Source: Psammoneis japonica
Taxonomy: Eukaryota
Reading direction: 5' to 3'
Assembly: GCA_008632985.1 (NCBI GenBank)
Contig: QPGO01000037.1
Span: forward strand, 1 to 64,000
Length of the DNA stretch: 64,000 nucleotides
Part shown: positions 12,047-23,399 of the stretch, piece after piece
Numbering within the stretch: the stretch's first letter is position 1
Layout of the letters: each line of letters opens with the position of its first letter
Translations under genes and position numbers: made by a program
The notes under the pieces: generated by a model
What the model saw: only the letters and a program-made list of their open reading frames with translations
Database searches by the model: none
Told to the model about the DNA's origin: nothing

Positions 12047-14331
12047 ATGATGTCGTTATGGGAGATCCTTCTTCTACTATGCAGCCACTCCTTCGTGGCA
12101 ACAAAGGCTCGAAATGCCGCTGCCAGACGCCCAAACTTTATTTTTATGTTTGCCGATGACTTGGGGTTTGGTGACCTGAAATCTTACGGACATCCCTACG
12201 CCAAAACGGACAATGTGGATCGACTTGCAAGGGAAGGGACTGCCTTTCGTGGCTTTCATAATACCGGGAATATCTGTCCCAATTCGAGAACGGGCTTTAT
12301 GACAAGCCGGAATCCATCGTGGTTCCCGAATTACAACCCCGACTATGGATTCCGGGGTGCTATCACAGTGACGCAGCTTTTAAAAGACGCTGGATATGGT
12401 GCGTTTATGTTTGCAGTTTCCACTACAAAGTGAATTGATTTGATACTGTGTTATTCCCAGTTCTCTTACCCCGCTTTTCTTGCTTTGTTCAGTAACTGGC
12501 CACATTGGGAAGTGGAATATCGGTAAGCCCAAACCACCTCAAAGCGATTCCGGTATTCAGTTTCCAGAGTATGGAATGATGGACGTGAGAATAACTGGGG
12601 ACGGAAGACGTGATCCACGCGGCAAAGAAGCACACCGTTATGATTTGGCAATTGACTTTGTTGAAAAGTATCGTAATGATCCCTTTTATTTGCAGGTGTG
12701 GCAATAGTAAGTGATTGCTATCCAATCAAAGTCGGTGCTGGTGTGACATACCCAAGCTCAGCCTCATTCACATTGAAAATTCTTGCTACAGCGTTCCACA
12801 TGAGCCAATTCTACCTGCAGCGTATTTGCAGGAGGCATTTGAGGGTCTCCAAGTCGATCGTAGCCTCTTTGGTCCCCACATGCAAGGAAACTTTGATCGA
12901 ATCATCAGCTCCGGAGGTTAGTTGTTCCTGATTGCAATGCTGTTTGTTCTTCACACGCCATCATTGAGTGCCCACTGTCTTACCACAGGTAATATAAACA
13001 CGTCGATGAAAAACTACCTCGCTGAGGTGTATGGCATGGACATCCACATTGGCAGACTGCTAGACAGACTAGATGAGCTTGGTCTCGCAGAAAACACCGT
13101 GGTTGTTTTTTCGAGTGATAATGGACCTGCTGTGAATGGCCGTGCCGAAGACTATGCTGCGGGATGGGCAGGAGGCCTTCGTGGGGGCAAGCATAGATGG
13201 TACGAGGGCGGACCGTCAGTTCCGTTCTTGGTAAGGTGGCCGGGACAAGTGCCAGCTGGAAAGGTGAATGACGAATCCTTTTTCTCAGCACTTGACTGGC
13301 TACCTACTATTTGCTCGCTTGCAGGAGCAGAATACCCGGAAAACTTGGTGGAGGGGGAAGACATTAGTGACATCTGGAAAGGGTCCAACCGATCAAGAAA
13401 GAACCCAACGTTTTACCAAGACCCTGGTTCTTCGACCATCGTCGCAAGGTACGGCAGGTGGAAGCTGTTTCGGTCAACAAGGGAGCTGTATGACATGAAT
13501 GCTGATCGCGAGGAGACTGATAACGTGTATGATGAATTTCCCGATGTTGTGGCTGCCATGAGGGATCTTATTGATCAGTACGATGCCACGATACCACGTA
13601 ATCATGCTTTTGGAAGTCAATCGCCACTTCCGTTTGACCCTGCAGAACCGGTACAAGAGTACGTAATTCCGGACGTGCTCCGCGAGGCAACGCCTCCTCC
13701 AACTTCCGCCCCGACTCCGGTACCCTTGGTATCAAGTTCAGCTCCGACTTTCTTCGATGCGACTAGTTCAAGCTCAAGCCCGTCTTTAGATGTTACATCG
13801 TTGAGCACAAGCCCCACTCTGCATGTTACGTCAAGCCAAAGCAAGACCCCTTCAGCATTACCGACGGTGTCATTGAGTGCTTTCCCTTCTCCTGCACCGA
13901 CCACCTCACCACATCTTTTCCATTCTTCTGTGCCGACCGGGTTATCAAATACTTTGCATTCTGATGCACCGACTGCCTCACCAAGTGCTTCGCCTTCTTA
14001 TGCGCCGACTACCTCACCAAGTGCTTCCCCTTCTTATGTGCCGACTACCTCACCAAGTGCTTCCCCTTCTTATGCGCCGACTGACTCACCAAGTGCTTTC
14101 CCTTCTTTTGCGCCGAGTTCTTTCCGTTCTGCTTCGCCATCCATGTCGCAGAGTCTTTATCCTTCTAATGGTCCTTCTGTGGTGACACCTACGATAGTCC
14201 CATCCACCGCGGTGCTGTTGCCGACAAACCCACCAGCGACTAGTTCGCCCTCATCAGCTTCAGATTTTCACCTGAAATTGCCATCCCCTTTTCTTCTCTC
14301 CTTTATTACCGGTATTATTTTCTTGGTTTAA
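12047..14331 (+). CDS. Arylsulfatase (S1 family), multi-exon, with Ser/Pro/Thr-rich stalk and hydrophobic C-terminus
   Basis: Signal peptide, RPNFIFMFADDLG, CPNSR, GHIGKW, VVFSSDNG and GLRGGK..YEGG motifs. Three GT-AG introns between about 12400 and 12990. Confidence 0.9.
13965..14117 (+). repeat. 36-bp coding tandem repeat, about 4 copies (APTTSPSASPSY)
   Basis: tgcgccgactacctcaccaagtgcttccccttctta repeated with few substitutions. Confidence 0.9.
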
Positions 14332-14661
14332 AACGTGTTATTGTTGAAATTGTGGAAACGAGAAGCGACACTGGAATTAGTGAAATGGCAGCTGTGTCTA
14401 TACTTTCACGGAAGAAATCGCAGCTCGCTTCCGTTCTTCGACATGCGGAATGTGGCACACCAGGATACATGTCTTGGACTCCAATTCAAAAGAAGGGGTG
14501 CAAGAAATAACACTGAATTCATGACAATATGACGAGGCGATGATCTCAAGGGTTGCGGCACGAAAGAGGAAATACATCGGAAATGGCAAAAGACGTGTGC
14601 ACTGCCTCCAGTATCTAAAGTTCATGCAGGGCTACTCTCTACTGTTGTGCCTCTTCGTTGT

Positions 14662-15180
14662 TTACTCTCCATAAGCCATCACTGCCTTCGCTACGTTCTC
14701 TGCTGCTTCAGTCAGCACCAGATCGCGAGGTGACTGCACTGCTTGGTCAGCTTCATTAAAAAGCTTGGTGTACCACACAACACTCTGTCGGTAAAACTGT
14801 CCATCGGTTCCTCCAAGAAATTCGCCTCCATGAAAGAATCCAACGGGTCTCCAGCCAACCTTTTCCAGTGTTTGCTGGGTAAGACTATGTGTTGTTGCCG
14901 CCCAGCAAACTCCATACTGAGCACCCGACTTTTCAACCATGGAATCGATAAAGACACCGAAATTCTCCCAGACACCTCGGCCTCGACAATCCGGATCGAC
15001 AGCACCCCAAATCACGTGAATGCCACGTTGTCCCAACATTTTCCTTGCACTAAACACAGATATAAGCTTGTTGTCATCTGTCTGGTCATATGTACCCCAG
15101 ATAGAATACTCTCCAGAGGCGACATGGGATCGGATGGCGTCGGGTGAATGATGCCACTCATAGTCTGAGTTGCCACTCAT
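14662..15180 (-). CDS. GNAT-fold acetyltransferase-like protein, possibly 5'-truncated
   Basis: WGAVDPDCRGRGV acetyl-CoA-binding motif A and TQQTLEKVGWRPVG motif B. Confidence 0.65.
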   Translation of the reverse strand: MSGNSDYEWHHSPDAIRSHVASGEYSIWGTYDQTDDNKLISVFSARKMLGQRGIHVIWGAVDPDCRGRGVWENFGVFIDSMVEKSGAQYGVCWAATTHSLTQQTLEKVGWRPVGFFHGGEFLGGTDGQFYRQSVVWYTKLFNEADQAVQSPRDLVLTEAAENVAKAVMAYGE

Positions 15181-15209
15181 TTCATCAATGGCAAAATTTC
15201 CTCGGTGCG

Positions 15210-16742
15210 ATGAGCATGGGCGAAGACGCCGCATTCGAAGCTCTAACGCGTGCACCAAATCCCACGCCGGAGCTCCTTGCCCAAGTGAAACAGTTGCCAG
15301 TCGCCACCAAAGTGCCTCAACAATTCTATATAGCAGATGTGTGGTCTGAGGCCGAAGACGATGGAACACATAATGTGACAGCCGCAGTCTCGCAATACTG
15401 GGTCGAACCTGGTGAGGAAGTTACGGTCCCCCCTGAAGATTGTCTGGGACTTAATCTTGCCACAAGCATGCAGAAGATCACTAGCATGGAAGGAAAGATG
15501 GGAGAACTTCTAATTCTGATCGGAACCATAGCCAAGGCCTGCCTTCACCCAGGAGAACACCTCCCAGGATTTGATATGCCTAGAATATCGGAAATGACGC
15601 AGCCACAGCGTCCGCAGCGACTCTTTTTTCGGAACCGAGGTCTGATCAACAAGGCCAGGGCATACCTGGAACAGATGGGACTCGAGAACAGCACAGGAGT
15701 TGCCTGCTCGCAGATCGTCAACGCATTCAAGGTTCAACATTTGTTTGGCTCAGGAATGCAGCAAGGCACCGAAGGGGGCATCAACCAACAGCTTGACAAT
15801 GTCATGCAAGGAATGGCTCATGGCGACAATGATCCTCAAGCAATTCGGAACTTTTGTGGTAACACTGTCTTGGCCATGGCGGAGGACAAATACGTCGATG
15901 AAACTCCTTCTAGCTTCCATGGATGGAGTCCGCATGAGGCAGATCCAGAAGAGACGATTCCGTATTCCTGGTATATTCGAGGACCAGCTCTGCAGGAAAG
16001 GACTTATGGATATCGTACTAACCAGCTCTGGGGATGGCGTACAAATCTAGAGACGGCCTGCAAGATGAGCGATACGAGTAAAATTCACGAAATCGTCGCG
16101 AAGCATAGTCAAGAAGAACTTCTTGATTTCTGTGAACGCCGCCTTCTCTTGACCAAGGCGGCCAGAGAGGGAATGGATAAAGTCGTCCAAGTTTTGTTTG
16201 ACACTGTCGGTTGCTTCCCAAATGGCGTACATGATGCCCGTCCTGAATGGGGCGCATCGCAATATGCCAGCGGTGACAAGGGAATGAAGGATTCCCCTCT
16301 TGTACTGGCTGCGCAAGAGGGACACGTCAAGTGCGTGAAGATTTTGTTGGAGCATGGCGCCGACCCATCCCTCAAGGATTCGAGTTGCGGCGGCACGCCG
16401 CTTCATTTTGCAGTCATGGAAGCCCACGACGACATTGTGAAACTGCTCTGCGAAGCCAAAGCGCCGCTGGATGCCAAGGGGAATGATGGACTCACCCCAA
16501 TGGATCTTTGCTACGCTTGGTTGTATCACAGCGACGACATGCGAAAGGCTTTTTCTCCCGTGCATAAAGTCTTGCGCCGATTCTACGTAAAGCAGAACCG
16601 ATGCGTCGTCTGTTACGCGGCCAACGCCACAAAGCTCTGTCCTTGTCATGTCGAGCTTTACTGCAACACACGATGCCAAAAGAAACGGTGGAAGCGTCAC
16701 CGAAAGGAGCATAACAGCATTGTCAACAAGATGAGCTCTTGA
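15210..16742 (+). CDS. Ankyrin-repeat protein with C-terminal MYND-type zinc finger
   Basis: SPLVLAAQEGHVKCVKILLEHGADP, GGTPLHFA and GLTPMDL repeats; CVVC...CPC...YCNTRCQKKRWKRHRKEH. Confidence 0.85.
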   Translation: MSMGEDAAFEALTRAPNPTPELLAQVKQLPVATKVPQQFYIADVWSEAEDDGTHNVTAAVSQYWVEPGEEVTVPPEDCLGLNLATSMQKITSMEGKMGELLILIGTIAKACLHPGEHLPGFDMPRISEMTQPQRPQRLFFRNRGLINKARAYLEQMGLENSTGVACSQIVNAFKVQHLFGSGMQQGTEGGINQQLDNVMQGMAHGDNDPQAIRNFCGNTVLAMAEDKYVDETPSSFHGWSPHEADPEETIPYSWYIRGPALQERTYGYRTNQLWGWRTNLETACKMSDTSKIHEIVAKHSQEELLDFCERRLLLTKAAREGMDKVVQVLFDTVGCFPNGVHDARPEWGASQYASGDKGMKDSPLVLAAQEGHVKCVKILLEHGADPSLKDSSCGGTPLHFAVMEAHDDIVKLLCEAKAPLDAKGNDGLTPMDLCYAWLYHSDDMRKAFSPVHKVLRRFYVKQNRCVVCYAANATKLCPCHVELYCNTRCQKKRWKRHRKEHNSIVNKMSS

Positions 16743-17253
16743 GTTGCTCAAGTGCGTCAGCGTCCTTACCAAAATTTCGATTTTAGTCTTGCATCTCTAT
16801 TTACTTAATTTCTATTGGCTTTGATTGCTTTCTCATCACCAACTTTTCGAGATATCGGGAACTGATCCACTGCTTTTTTTCCGGCACAAGCATAGCAATG
16901 CCGGTAATAATGGCACACCTGTTACCACGAGGTGTCCTTCCTGTTTCCTTCTGAGATGCAATAAGCATTCCTGATTGGAAACTAGTGTCGAAATTCAGTT
17001 ACGTAGCATGGTTTACGTATTTTGGTACAGTAGAGACCTTCCTAAGAATAGACGATCTCTAGCCTGTGCAACAGGATCCACGACCTACATTTCAAAGGTA
17101 TGTGGAGGAGACGACATGGTCAATTGTAGTAAAATGGCAGAAACTAGAGATGCCTCCTGGACAACAGCTTAACCGCAGAACCCCCAGTGGATACCCTTTG
17201 TATCCAATACAGAAAAGATGTTGAAACGTGACTAGGGTTGTCGAGTGAAAAAT

Positions 17254-18456
17254 CTACGGAACATATCTATCGGGCCGCTTTCGTTTCCTTGTTTTTGATA
17301 CGTACTCAAACAAGTCAGGCTTGTCCCGAAGCAACGAAAATAACAAGGATAGTCTTTTCGGTTCGGTCTTGTGTGCGACTGTGGCAATAGCGTGCGCCCA
17401 GATGCACGGATGAGCGTTATCAACCTTCAACAATTGTTCCGAGTGAGCATTCAAAAGGAGCAATATAATAGAATCTTTATCCCTGGAAACTGCATAATGA
17501 ATCGCCAAACGCCCTTTGTTCTCTATGGCATTGACGTTAGCACCGTGTTGAAGCAGTAGGCTTTCAATCTCTTTTTTTCCTCTGACGCAAGCAAAGTGCA
17601 ATGTTGTACATCCGTGGTAGTCCGTTGCCTCCATGTCTGCTCCATTCTGCAGCAATAATCTTGCTACAGCAACGTTTCCTTTGGATCCGTATGTAGTGAA
17701 ATGCAAAGGACTCCTACTCCGTTCATCTGTGGCATTGATGTTGGCGCCTTGTTGCAGCAGTAAGCTTGCCATCTCTTCCTTTCCCCGGACACAGGCAAAG
17801 TGAAACGTGCTGTATCCGTGGCTGTCCCTTGCCTCGATGTTTGCTCCATTCTGCAGCAATAGCATCGCCACAGCGCAGTTCTTTGTAACGTGCAAAGGAG
17901 TCAGCCTCTCATTGTCTCTGGCATTTGTGTTAGCGCCTTGTTGAAGCAGCAAGTTTGCAACCACTTCGTATCCAAGGACGCAGGCGCAATGTAGGGGAGT
18001 GCCTCCTTCGTTATCCACGGCATCAATGTCGGCTCCATTCTGCAGCAACAACATCATCTTCACCGCAGCGTTGCTGGACGCAGCGTAGTGCAAAGGAGTT
18101 CGATTCCGATTATCTCTCGAATCTACCAGTGCCCCGTGCTCGAGCAACAACTGCGTAGCGGACGCCGGTGTTGACGGGAACAGAGCAGCAACATGGAGCG
18201 GTGTCCATTTTTCAGCATCCCGGTTGCGCCCATTCACATCAGCTCCATATTCCAGCAAGAGATCAAGCATGCCGGTGGGATTTTCGTGAAAAATCCAGTA
18301 CCTGAGTGCCAGATAAAGTGTAGTCTTGCCACTCGGAAATACTTCACGGCTTGACGTCGTGGCATTCACGTTCTGCCCAAGTTGAAGGAAGTGTCTGGCT
18401 AGATTGACACCTCCGAAAGCAACATTATAAAAGAGATCATAATCAGAAGTACTCAT
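17254..18456 (-). CDS. Ankyrin-repeat protein (about 9 repeats)
   Basis: Repeated TPLHxA...LLLQxGAxxxA units across 400 aa. Confidence 0.92.
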   Translation of the reverse strand: MSTSDYDLFYNVAFGGVNLARHFLQLGQNVNATTSSREVFPSGKTTLYLALRYWIFHENPTGMLDLLLEYGADVNGRNRDAEKWTPLHVAALFPSTPASATQLLLEHGALVDSRDNRNRTPLHYAASSNAAVKMMLLLQNGADIDAVDNEGGTPLHCACVLGYEVVANLLLQQGANTNARDNERLTPLHVTKNCAVAMLLLQNGANIEARDSHGYSTFHFACVRGKEEMASLLLQQGANINATDERSRSPLHFTTYGSKGNVAVARLLLQNGADMEATDYHGCTTLHFACVRGKKEIESLLLQHGANVNAIENKGRLAIHYAVSRDKDSIILLLLNAHSEQLLKVDNAHPCIWAHAIATVAHKTEPKRLSLLFSLLRDKPDLFEYVSKTRKRKRPDRYVP

Positions 18457-18711
18457 ATCTCATGACAAATGATGACGGCAATGGATGGATGCTCGACGTA
18501 CGATGCCAACACAAACACACTCAGGATCAGCCGAGCGACAAGCTCCAAACTCCAAAGCGAGCGAATTTTGCTCGTGGTGTCCAGGTGGCGGGACACCGTA
18601 ACTTGAGTCTTGAACACGACTCCACCGCCCTCGCGAGCAACGCGATTCTATTTCAGAAATGCGAACCGTCACATCAAACATTATTACGCACTGGGATCTG
18701 GGATCTCCACC

Positions 18712-20427
18712 ATGGCATCTGCCAGTTCAGTCCCTTCACCGGGCGAGGAATGGACCTCCACTGATCAACCAGTACCAGAAACCATCTCATTTCCTACGAA
18801 AGATGATGTGTCATCTGAGAACAAAGGCAGTGATTCCTCCTCTTCCAATGTAGATCCAAAACAAGACGTGACTGTGACGAATGACGACTTGATGGTTGTT
18901 ATTGCCGACGAGAATGACTCTGATCGAGCACTGAATGAACGCCCTGAGCCTCTCCATGGTTCTACCATGACAGAGAGTGATATTCCTGAATCATATCCCC
19001 GTCGCTCTGCAGAAGGCTCTTCCCTCTCTCCTCGACGATGGTCTTCAACCATATCTATCAATTCCATCAAGACCACGAGCGTCGTAGACCCTGCACCAGG
19101 ACTATCACGCTATGCTCTGACATGCATTGTGATCAACTACATCAGCTCTGGGTTCTTGCTCCTACCACATGCCTTTGCAAAGGCGGGAACCCTATTATCG
19201 ACGTTTGTCTTTGCTTGTGTTGCCCTCCAGGCGTTCATGACTTCTTCGTTTGTACTGAACGCATGCGCTCGAGCAGAGGCCTTAGCTAATAGTGAAATTC
19301 TTCCTTCTGGAGGACGAGTCCTCCAAGGAGTTGCGGGAAGAAGGTACTCCATGGCAGTTCGGACGAGAAAGTACGAGTTAACGAAACTCACTCACATCTT
19401 TCTCGGTAAATGGCCTACCATCTTCTTCACGGTTGCGCTCATGGGAGATTTGTATACTTGGTTGCCTCCCTCTGTCTTTGGTGCTACATTTGCGGGCTTT
19501 CTTCCATTTGGAAGTGGTGATATGGATTACAAAATATATGTCCTCGCATTCATGGCGGTCACCACGCCGCTCACGTTGGTTCCTATTCTGGATCAACTTT
19601 TTATTCAGCTCATCTTTTTAGGAGCACGGCTCTTGATGGTGACTCTCATGCTTGCCACAGTGGCGGTGGGCTATGTGTCTAATGTGCCTCAATTCGGAAC
19701 ACAAGTCGGGCCTGTCAATGACATTCCATTGGCAGATTTTGGAAACTTAATTCTTGTGATTCAGACGGCTATCTTTTCTACTGCCTTTCAGTTTGCAGTT
19801 CCAACGACTGCAAGCATTAGTCAAGACAAAAAGATTATTCTACCTATTTTCAAAGTCGGGGGGAGCTTCATCTTTTTCTCGAATTTGATTCTAGCATTGG
19901 TCCTTAGCATTTACTTTGGACGTGACAACATGCAAGGAAGCAGCAACCTAAATTGGGAAGAGTATCATTCAGCCGAGCCCAATCGACCTGGTTGGGCGAG
20001 CTGTCTTCGGGGATACATCGTCTTGTTTGCCGCGATGGACAGCTTGGCGGTATTTCCGTTGATTGCTATTTCTTTGAGCGAGATCATCATCGACTTCCTC
20101 TATCCCGAGAACTCTCTAGCAATCCATCTTGATTGGAAGAAAAGAAGTTTTTTCCGTCTCCTCGCGAGCATTCCTCAAGTCATCGGGGCCATGTTTATGA
20201 AGGAACTTGACATATTGGCCATATACGGTGGAATCTTCACTTTGATCAGCTACACGGTTTGTCCCTCGGTTCTCCTGATCCAAAGTCGTCGTCGGATGGT
20301 TCAGGAAGACTTGCCAGTGTGGACTCACTACACTACCATCTTCTCCTCCGATGTATGGGCTTGGATACTCATCGTTGCGGCCGCTGCTGTGATTGTTGGT
20401 ATCGTTGTGGACCAAACAATCAGATAG
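18712..20427 (+). CDS. Amino-acid transporter (Aa_trans/SLC38-like, TMEM104-like)
   Basis: INYISSGFLLLPHAF, RKYELTKL..IFLG and about 11 hydrophobic segments. Confidence 0.85.
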   Translation: MASASSVPSPGEEWTSTDQPVPETISFPTKDDVSSENKGSDSSSSNVDPKQDVTVTNDDLMVVIADENDSDRALNERPEPLHGSTMTESDIPESYPRRSAEGSSLSPRRWSSTISINSIKTTSVVDPAPGLSRYALTCIVINYISSGFLLLPHAFAKAGTLLSTFVFACVALQAFMTSSFVLNACARAEALANSEILPSGGRVLQGVAGRRYSMAVRTRKYELTKLTHIFLGKWPTIFFTVALMGDLYTWLPPSVFGATFAGFLPFGSGDMDYKIYVLAFMAVTTPLTLVPILDQLFIQLIFLGARLLMVTLMLATVAVGYVSNVPQFGTQVGPVNDIPLADFGNLILVIQTAIFSTAFQFAVPTTASISQDKKIILPIFKVGGSFIFFSNLILALVLSIYFGRDNMQGSSNLNWEEYHSAEPNRPGWASCLRGYIVLFAAMDSLAVFPLIAISLSEIIIDFLYPENSLAIHLDWKKRSFFRLLASIPQVIGAMFMKELDILAIYGGIFTLISYTVCPSVLLIQSRRRMVQEDLPVWTHYTTIFSSDVWAWILIVAAAAVIVGIVVDQTIR

Positions 20428-22299
20428 AGATCGGTAACCATTAACAAGGTTGTCAAGCACAAGATTGGCAGACACATTCGTATTGAACACGTGCTTACAT
20501 GTGGTTCGTGCCAATGCACAAGGCTGACAGACACATTGTATCACACGCATACATAGTTTACAAATGTATCCTTTTAAGCCGTAATCTTTTTTAAGCTTGT
20601 AGCTTCCTTCTGAATTCGTTGCCTGAACAGTCAGATCACAACAGGATCTGCATCTCTGATGCCGCTCTGCTGTTCCACGGATTTCAGAGCTGGGGATTGG
20701 ACATGCAGTAGCTGCTCTGGCACGGCAGCCAACAACAACTCACTCCCCATCCTCAAAAAGACCCCAGCTTTGGTGGGTTGGCTCAGGCTGCCCAGATCAC
20801 AAAAGGGTCTGCAACCTGGTGCTGCCCTGCTGTCATGTGGCTGGGGGGTGCTGGGACAGAGCTGCTCCAGCACCAGACACCCATTTTGGCCTAACCCTCT
20901 TTGTGGTTCACCCAGTCTTGCATTGTCTTCAGATGCTGACACTCACCACAAGATGACTTGCTTGGCAAGAGCCACATCTGCAAAGTCTTTGTTGCCTCTG
21001 GGCAAGAAGAAAAAGAAGAAGAACACATGTGCACTCTCTCTCTGGTGACAAGAGAACATTCTCCAGCAAAATTCTTGAAGTGAGTTGGGAGCCTTTTGAA
21101 CAATCTCAGGGAAGTGACAGAGCACAGTTTTGGCTGAGGAGGTGATGCTGTGGCTGAGAGGCACTCAAAACTCTCCAGCAGCACACAGCTCCTTCTCTCC
21201 ATTGCAGTCTGCTGGCTGCTCCTTCTTTGAGTGAACTTTCTTTCTCTTCTTCTTGCTTCTTTAAAGCATGTTGCATTCTGACCATCCTCACAAGTCAGCC
21301 AGCATCATCTTGATTCTTCTGCAAGAAGGAGGCAGCTGGCAGCCACTCAAGCCAATGATGCTTTTTCTGAGAGGTTTTTCCAATGAAGCCACCCTCCTTG
21401 TCAGGATGGCTCTTGTGAAAACCTCCTCAGCTTGCTTGTTTTTGTCCAGAGGGCATCTTTTCACTGGTCTGCTGGACAGTGTGTTGGTGAAGATCACTCC
21501 CTGAGACAGCACAAATCTGTCAACATCAGCATTGTCTCCAAAGTGGTTTGGCAAATCTCTTTGTTTTTTGTTGATGCTGGGTCCAATTTGCCTTCACATG
21601 GAATTGTCTGACAAATGAAGGGTTCTTCACAATGTTGTTGATGGTGGTCTTGGTGCAGCCCCACCATGCCAGCTGAGGTGAGCAAAACTTTTCTGGATGA
21701 CCCTCAGCTGCTGTGGGCCAGCCAGGTTGGGCTGAAACACAGTTGCTGTGTTCAAGACAGACATTTCTCAATGTCCAAAGCACTTGAGAGTCAAACAAAG
21801 CTCTGCTCAGAGGGTTGCCATCAACATTGGTTTACCAAGAAACTTTCTGGCCTTTTGAATGTGCTCTTGATGGACCAAGTCCCTGCAAAAGTCAAAGAAC
21901 ATGTGCACAAAAAGTGCACCACATCCTTCAAAGTGCCACTCAAGTGTTGTTTGCTAATGACATTGGGAGTGGCATGTCCCAGCTCAAGCTCTGTTAGAAC
22001 ATGCTGAAGTTGCCCCTGCAGCCAGGCTTTGGTGGCTTGACCAAAGACAATGTTGAGGTGGGTGGTGCTGGCCCTGCTCACAGCACCCAAGCCAGATTTG
22101 ATGCCACCGCTGGTGTGCAGTTCTTGTGACCAAGCATGTGCACTCTGTCTCAGTCACTTGGCACAGAAAACAGCTTTCAACAAGATGTTGTGCACAACAT
22201 GGTGAGTTTAGATGCAGCAAACAAGAGAGCTGCAAAGGCACAACATTTTGTGTGATTGATTGCTTTTGTCACCATGCCAACATTGGCCAGCAGGACTGA

Positions 22300-23190
22300 G
22301 GCACACAGTCTCCATTCTTGTCACAGCCAAGACAAGCCCCAACAGCATGGGCACACAGATTTGATGGGACACTCTGCAATGGGAGCATCTCCAGACTCAA
22401 CATGCATGCAAAGTTTGCACAATGGCATCAAGTGAAGGCCATCTCTTCCTTGGGCCTCATTTGCTGTGACTCAAAACTTTGCCACCAGGTTTGTGGAGTG
22501 GCATGGCCAGCTGCTCCGCTTGCAGAATTTTGTTAAAAAGCTGCCCATCTGTCAAAACTCAGCAGCCCTCAAGCTTTTTCTCAATCCTCTGCATGATGTT
22601 TTCTCTGTTTCTGTTTGGCTTGCTGACAGCAGAGTGGCTGCAACAGTGACACCAAATGTGGCATGCATCATCCTCTGGTGCTGCTCGCCCACCCAGTGGA
22701 ACATGTCAGCCACAATCTCCCATGGAGCACAGCATCCCCAAATTGCAATTGGACAACATTTGCAAACCACCCATGTGCAATGATGAACAAGATGCAGTGG
22801 CAAGAACAACACATCTTTCAATGATGATGATGGAGATGGCAACAAATTTGGTGATGTGGAAGGTGAGAGCAGCAATGAATGCAAAAACCACAAGGAACAA
22901 CAAAGTCATCAACAGAAAAAGAAAAGAAATGCCAACCACCAAAACTGCAACATCTGTCAACTCATTCAATTGCTGAAAGACCTGCCCATGTTCCACAAAT
23001 GGTGCAAACTTGGCAACCAGCCCACATCTGGCAATGACTGCCACAAGATCAGCAAGAAAGTCTGCAAGCTGATCTCCAGGACAGTCCACTTCACACCACA
23101 CCACAACAGAGCTGGTTGGAAACTCCAGAAAAGTTGTGCAAGCTGCTCCAACTGCCTGTCTTTCTGCACTTCTTTCACCATGCCATGAAC
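22300..23190 (+). pseudogene. Decayed Plavaka/CACTA-like transposase, C-terminal portion
   Basis: Remnants QLIQLLKDLPMFHKWCK...KVCKLISRTVHFTPHHNRAGWKLQK resemble the PR..G.GWK.QK motif I recall for this family. Confidence 0.5.
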
Positions 23191-23399
23191 TTTGACACTG
23201 GACTTGGAGAGTGTTTCTTAACTTTTTCCGCACCCATGCGGTTTCACGCGATTGCCGTTTTAAACAAAATTTAGAATTGTGAAGAACACCACAACAAATG
23301 ACAAAACTCTTCCATTCAAATAAATGCAAATAAATGTGAGCAGTTTCGACCGTGACAGTTTTGCCTGATGGCATTACAAGCCCCAGCTGGGACAGACTT

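Noticed and set aside
13965..14117. 36-bp repeats as a CRISPR array
   Set aside because: Contiguous units with no spacers, in frame within the sulfatase stalk, in a eukaryotic context.
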